Positions 58,578 through 64,000 of a stretch of 64,000 bases of DNA are shown one piece after another. The DNA lies in contig BAAIJX010000007.1 of NCBI GenBank assembly GCA_054600435.1, positions 124,001 through 188,000 of the forward strand, written 5' to 3'. How positions within the stretch are numbered: position 1 is the stretch's first letter; each line of letters starts with the position of its first letter. Source of the DNA: Neophaeotheca triangularis (taxonomy: Eukaryota). The notes beneath the pieces were generated by a model. The model had not been told where the DNA came from and searched no databases. It saw only the letters and a list, made by a program, of their open reading frames with translations. A program made the translations under genes and the position numbers.

Positions 58578-60050
58578 ATGTCCGCAAACATGGACAACGC
58601 GACGACGACCGCAGACGCCCTACCTCCGCTCCCTATCTACACCCTCACCACGCAACAACCGCTCATCCCGGGCATTCCGGACACTTTCCTGGCCCTTGCT
58701 CTCCCCATTGTGGCGTACTGGGGCGTGTCCCTGTTCTTCCACGTAATTGACGAGCTCGATCTTTTCCCGCAGTACAGACTACACACGCCTGCCGAAGTCC
58801 TAAAGAGGAATCACGTCAGCCGCTGGGAGGTCTTCAGGGATGTCATCATACAACAGATTGTGCAGACGGTGTTTGGATTGATCTTGACAGTATTTGACGA
58901 CGAGGCTCAAGCTGGCATGGAGGAATACGATGTCGCTGTCTGGGCGCAAAGAGTACGGATTGCCCAGAGAGCTATTCCTGTGATTGCTGGCGGAATCGGG
59001 TTGAACGTTGGCGAGCTCGCGAAGAGTCTGGGTGCTTCACACGCCATGCTGGCCGGTGCTCTTTCTGGTGGAATATACCCCGATCTCACGCAGAGCGTTC
59101 TTGTGTCCGGCCAGCCTGCAACTGCACCAGCTTTTGCGCAGTGGGAGCTTCTGGCTGCCAAAGCCATCTACCATTTGGCCATTCCGGCGTTGCAGTTCGG
59201 TTTCGGCATCTTCATCGTGGACACATGGCAGTACTTCTTGCACCGCGCCATGCACATGAACAAGTACCTCTACACCACCTTCCACAGCCGACACCACAGG
59301 CTATACGTACCATACGCGTACGGTGCATTGTACAATCACCCCTTTGAGGGTTTCCTCCTTGACACCCTAGGCACCGGCTTGGCTTATCTGCTGTCAGGAA
59401 TGACCACGAGGCAATCAATGTGGTTCTTCACGTGCTCGACGATCAAGACAGTGGATGACCACTGCGGATATGCTTTCCCGTGGGATCCCCTTCAGCACAT
59501 TTCAGGCAACAACGCTGGCTACCATGATGTGCACCACCAAAGCTGGGGCATCAAGACCAACTTCAGTCAGCCTTTCTTGACTTTTTGGGACGGTGTGCTC
59601 GGCACCAAATGGACTGGTGGTGATGTATCTGCGAGATACGAACGCGCGAGATTAGCGGCACAGAAGAAAGTCGACGCCGACGCCGCGCCAATGCCAAAGA
59701 CTCAGCCGGCAGAGAACGTAGCGGCGACTCCCGAGCCGTACGAGAAAGATGTTGCGGCTGCCACTTCAACAGCGCGGACGGCTCAGACAGTCGAAGAGCC
59801 TCGAGTACCAAACGGCAAAGCTGCATACCAAGCAATCGCCAGCCGTCAGCAAATCTTAGACGACAAGCAGGGCGGCATCTCAGTTCTAGCGGAAGAGTCG
59901 ACAGAGGAAATCAAAGCACAAAGGAGTCTGCGGCGAAGTCCTAGGAAGCGCGCCACGAGCTCTGGACTGAAGGGTTTCGCGGATAGGGTGGGCGAGTCAT
60001 TGCAGGGCAAGGGCACTGGGGTCCTGGGTATGGAGAGCAGAAGTCGATGA
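58578..60050 (+). CDS. SUR2: Sphinganine C4-hydroxylase (fatty-acid hydroxylase family)
   Basis: His boxes HRAMH, HSRHH, HDVHH; HRLYVPYAYGALYNHPFEG; DDHCGY.FPWDPLQ; NFSQPF. Confidence 0.94.
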   Translation: MSANMDNATTTADALPPLPIYTLTTQQPLIPGIPDTFLALALPIVAYWGVSLFFHVIDELDLFPQYRLHTPAEVLKRNHVSRWEVFRDVIIQQIVQTVFGLILTVFDDEAQAGMEEYDVAVWAQRVRIAQRAIPVIAGGIGLNVGELAKSLGASHAMLAGALSGGIYPDLTQSVLVSGQPATAPAFAQWELLAAKAIYHLAIPALQFGFGIFIVDTWQYFLHRAMHMNKYLYTTFHSRHHRLYVPYAYGALYNHPFEGFLLDTLGTGLAYLLSGMTTRQSMWFFTCSTIKTVDDHCGYAFPWDPLQHISGNNAGYHDVHHQSWGIKTNFSQPFLTFWDGVLGTKWTGGDVSARYERARLAAQKKVDADAAPMPKTQPAENVAATPEPYEKDVAAATSTARTAQTVEEPRVPNGKAAYQAIASRQQILDDKQGGISVLAEESTEEIKAQRSLRRSPRKRATSSGLKGFADRVGESLQGKGTGVLGMESRSR

Positions 60051-60533
60051 GGTTTCTTCTGGGCATGGAATGAGCAATTGCTTTGGGTAAATGGCAGGGG
60101 AAGGCAAATGTCTTGCCTCAGAAAGGAGGGACCTTTTAATGTTTGATAGCCGGCTATACAACATGCGGCGTCTACGCTCGCTTAGGGGGTTTTGTACAAA
60201 ACGCAACTTCTACCTCTACCTCGAAGTGACCCGTGATTATTGTGTTATTGGTATGTGTAAGCTTGAAGGTCCACAGAGACGTCCATCGTTTTCCACTGCC
60301 CACGAACTCCCATCACGCACGTATCTCGCCCGCCAGACACCTGAGGCACAAATAGCTGCGACTTGACATCGTCACTCCCTTCGAACCAAGGCTTCCTTCA
60401 CTCGAACACTCTCATAACATTCAGTTCAAGAAACGACGTTTTACGATGTTCTGGCCCTACCCATGAAGAATCGCCTGTAGGCCTATCAAGGCAACATTCG
60501 TTCACCATCACCGCCCCTCAGCCATCATCCGCA

Positions 60534-61856
60534 ATGTCTACTCCAAAGCCCCCAGCCTCCAAAAGGCGCGCCAGACCGAGTGCCACTCGCGCTCCCGACG
60601 AGTCCCATGGCAAGCCCATCGATAAAGAGCCTGATCCAGTCTTCGACGGCACCGTCTTAGTTGTCGCTGAGGATGGCGACCTGGTCCTACGAATCGAGCA
60701 CGAGACCGCTTCCGCCGAGCATAGCCATGCATTCCGCGTACGTTCCAAAGTCTTGCGAACAGGCTCTCGCTTCTTTGAGCGCCTGGTCGGACCTATGGGT
60801 TTTGGAGAGCGAGTGCAGATCGAAGAGAGGCACCGACAGCTTGAGGAACAACACCCAGGAACACCATTGCAAGCCATACCAGCCAGCGAATTGCCGGCGG
60901 TCACGGTCAAAGATTTGGGCAGAACTGGCAACATCAAGAACGTACAAGCGCTGTTGGGGGACTTTTTGAATATACTACATGGCTCGCCCTCGCACCGAGA
61001 CCCTCCCGTCGTCAATCTCGTCAATCTGGCAATCGTAGCCGATCGCTTCGATCACCTCGACGCCTTGCGCGGATGGCAGAGTCGCAAGAAGTTACTCCCA
61101 GGCATCGAGGCCCGCACTACGCTAAAGCAATACTTGGGACTCGCGGAAGAAAAGTCGCGCCAACGCCTCCTAGCAGGTATGATGTACGACTTCTTCCCAT
61201 GGATCGAAAAATACAGCTACCGAATCATCGAACAAGGCTGGACCGCCGACCCGTCCGCCGAAACCGACGTCCACTTCGCGCAATGGTGGGACCTACCCAT
61301 GCGCATCGAAGAAGAGCTCGCCTACCGCCGCCAACTCGCGCTGGAAACCATCCAATCCCTGCAAACCCACCACATAGCGCTCTTCATGTCCCGCGAGCGG
61401 CAATGCCGTCTAGGCTACGAGAACAGCGCGCAATGCGACTCATTCCAACTGGGCGAAATCCTTCGCTTCTTCACCCGCATCCAGAGCCTCGCAGTCCACG
61501 GCACCATCACGGGCGAAACCCCCGAAGAGCGCGAGCCTTATGCTTCCAGTCTCAACGATTTACTCGACACGCTCAAGCAAATCCCCGAGTACCAGATCGA
61601 CCGGCACCACACGCATTGCGGGATACGGACGCATTTCGTGCCTTTGGTGGGCTTGATTGAGAAAGCGCTGCTGAACATTGGCGTTTGTGCCGATTGCTGG
61701 CGAGTTTCTGGGAGGGAGAGTTTGTGGCTTCATCGCAAGAGGCCCGGGGTGTGGACGAAGAGTCTGGCGAATTTTAGACGGATGGGGCATGGGCAGGGTA
61801 GGGAGGAGGTTGAGGCTATGTTTATGGCTGAGGTGAGGGACTGGGGGACGCGGTGA
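60534..61856 (+). CDS. BTB/POZ-like domain protein
   Basis: VVAEDGDLVL, FRVRSKVL...SRFFERL, LVNLAIVADRFD, C..GY....QCDSFQLGE pattern of fungal BTB proteins. Confidence 0.78.
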   Translation: MSTPKPPASKRRARPSATRAPDESHGKPIDKEPDPVFDGTVLVVAEDGDLVLRIEHETASAEHSHAFRVRSKVLRTGSRFFERLVGPMGFGERVQIEERHRQLEEQHPGTPLQAIPASELPAVTVKDLGRTGNIKNVQALLGDFLNILHGSPSHRDPPVVNLVNLAIVADRFDHLDALRGWQSRKKLLPGIEARTTLKQYLGLAEEKSRQRLLAGMMYDFFPWIEKYSYRIIEQGWTADPSAETDVHFAQWWDLPMRIEEELAYRRQLALETIQSLQTHHIALFMSRERQCRLGYENSAQCDSFQLGEILRFFTRIQSLAVHGTITGETPEEREPYASSLNDLLDTLKQIPEYQIDRHHTHCGIRTHFVPLVGLIEKALLNIGVCADCWRVSGRESLWLHRKRPGVWTKSLANFRRMGHGQGREEVEAMFMAEVRDWGTR

Positions 61857-62693
61857 TGGCTGGTTATTTGCTCGGTTCGGAGGCAACATGCTCACCAGAA
61901 TCTATGCTACGTCTGCTCTGCGCTTTCGCCCGAGTGAGGGCGGCTAGGGCGGCTAGACGGCGGCCTCGAAGCGCATGAGGTACCGTTGGAAGGGGCCGCC
62001 TTGCACATAAGGTGGGATTGCTGCATTGCCACTACTCGGCTTTCGCGGGTGATCTGTTGCTGTACAAATGTTAAAGCGCGTTAGCTATCGCCCAGCGTGG
62101 CGGTATGCAGCTGGGCGGTGCCAGGTATGCATGTCATGTGTTCTCCTAGTGAGGTTGTCACCTAGTATGCATGCCGACCTGTAGGCTGTGCAGCTTAAAC
62201 GCCACGCGCTGAAGGTGCATGTACACACTCCCATCATCAAGCACACAGCCCGAAAGCACTGCCAAGAAGAAGAATCCAATGGCGACTGTCGAACTCCATT
62301 GCTTCGACTTCACCTCCAGCGTCTGTAAACACGCATCCATACTCTGAGTCAGGTGTGTTGGTATACACTATGACTGCGCCCGAATACCCAGACCACTTGA
62401 AGGTTAGGTATAAGAAGGTGAGGATTCCTTCTTGATTCCCTCTCCCTATCACCAACCAAGCGCGTCAGAAGCATCCCTACCTCAGGTACCTCCTTAGCAC
62501 GAGACTCGTGAGACAGTGAAGCTTCAAAGCAATCACGACTGCGTCAAGTCTGTCACTTCCGGATACCTACCTACACCTGGGCAGTACAAAAGCAGCAATC
62601 ATGACCTCCACCACAGCCGTCACCCACGATTTCCGGTTGCTTTCAATCCACTCTTTACGAACAAACTCTCCCGAGGGCAACAAACCCGCCAAC

Positions 62694-63670
62694 ATGTTCA
62701 ATTGTTTCAAAAGAGGCTTCTCACGCAAGGACGACCGATCCAACTTGTCGAACAACATCAATTCTGAAGACAACCCTCATCCTCAACAGCGCAACATGCC
62801 AGCGACCAGGCGACCAGGTAGGTCCCAACATCAATATTCCCGGGTTGATCAATTTATCAAGGCTAACACTCCCTAGCATCCGGCTCAAAGAAGCCCTTCG
62901 TTAGCCAACAAGAGCCACCACCAGCATACTCACCAGCATCGAACGCCGCACCAGCGACCCAAACAGCCAGAGCGGCCGGATCCACAGCTGCCGGTACAGA
63001 CGACCCCTATGCCTTCCTCAGCACCTTCGACACGATCTTCCTAATCGACGACTCAGGCTCCATGGCAGGCAGCCGCTGGCGCGAAACCGCACTAGCTCTG
63101 GAAACCATCACCCCAATCTGCACCGCCCACGACTCGGACGGAATCGACATCTACTTCCTCAACCACGCCGACAGCAGTTTCCACCACAACGTCAGCAGCT
63201 CCACCATCGTCAGCGAAATCTTCCAAACCGTCCGCCCCCGCGGCGGCACGCCAACAGGCCAACGCCTCAACGCAATCCTCAAACCCTACCTCCGCCAACT
63301 CCAAGCGAACCCGGAAACCACCAAGCCCATGAACCTCATCTGCATCACCGACGGCGAGCCCTCGGACGACGTCGAGAGCGTCCTCATCGCCGCCGCCAAG
63401 AAGCTGGATAAACTCGACGCCCCCGCTTGGCAAGTCGGCGTCCAGTTCTTCCAGGTCGGGCGCGATGAAGAGGCCAAGAAGCATTTGCGGCAATTGGATG
63501 ACGAGCTTGCCGAGATTTCGGGCGATGATGATCTGAGGGATATCGTTGACACTGTGCCTTTTCAGGGGGCCGAGGGGACGTATTTGACGGGTGATGGCAT
63601 TTTGAAGGTTGTGCTGGGTGCCGTTAATAGGCGGTTGGATCGCAAGAAGAGTCAGGATCTTCATCGTTGA
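62694..63670 (+). CDS. von Willebrand factor A domain protein; intron 62818-62876
   Basis: PPPAYS; DDPYAFLSTFDTIFLIDDSGSM (MIDAS), GGTPTG, ITDGEPSD, QFFQVG, LDDEL. Confidence 0.88.
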
Positions 63671-64000
63671 CGGAGAGGTGGGCATAGTGAGGGTTTTTCT
63701 TTTTTTTTCTTGGCTGATAGATAGTCTTTATAATTAGCGTCAAGGGGAATAGAATAAGCCAGCATACGGGCAAGTGTGAGCTTTAGGAGTGGTAATGCCC
63801 TGCACTCCGTCGAAACACGGACCTGAACAAAGTGTCGCGTACGAAATGCTTGAACATCTGTCCCTCTCATGCAGATTCCAAGGCATCTTCACAACGTCAA
63901 CCGAAGCTCCTAGTTAGCATCCCCAGAACCAATCGCTAGAGCGTGCCTATAGACCACACGCAACCCGTCAGGAGTCAGGCATCCACAGTCCAAGTCGCGA

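Noticed and set aside
1..64000. Transposons, RIP-degraded AT-rich blocks, rRNA, spliceosomal snRNAs, secondary-metabolite backbone genes
   Set aside because: No transposase/RT, PKS/NRPS or recognisable rRNA/snRNA signatures seen by eye; short degenerate copies cannot be excluded without searches.

Overview
Gene-dense, intron-containing DNA from a filamentous ascomycete (short GT-AG introns with CTRAC branch points; Dothideomycete-like is an inference). I reconstructed about 24 protein-coding genes by hand. The left 40 kb is rich in carbohydrate-active, transport and redox genes: GH55 exo-beta-1,3-glucanase, PLP aminotransferase, a lactose/cellodextrin-type sugar porter, GPI-anchored GH79, a 4-TM protein, NADP alcohol dehydrogenase, a Dal5/Tna1-type MFS, an MDR oxidoreductase, a DUF1996-PAN secreted protein, DUF4440, OSH1 and CBM1-GH5 endoglucanase. 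The right part holds RCM1, a hydrophilin-like protein, a divergent pair of proteins sharing an unnamed Cys/His motif, SGF11, a PHD protein, a DHA1 MFS, prefoldin 4 (missed by the ORF track), a ZnF-LysM-UBA-like protein, SUR2, a BTB protein and a vWA protein. I saw no transposon ORF, rRNA or CRISPR array. Best leads: (1) the head-to-head pair with a shared putative Zn-binding motif; (2) recurring sharp C/A-rich to G/T-rich compositional switches; (3) an exact CLR-1-type site and two GC-AG introns in the sugar porter; (4) six intergenic TACCTAGGTA palindromes; (5) a tRNA-like relic and two candidate structured non-coding elements. All calls come from reading the sequence; no searches or folding programs were run.
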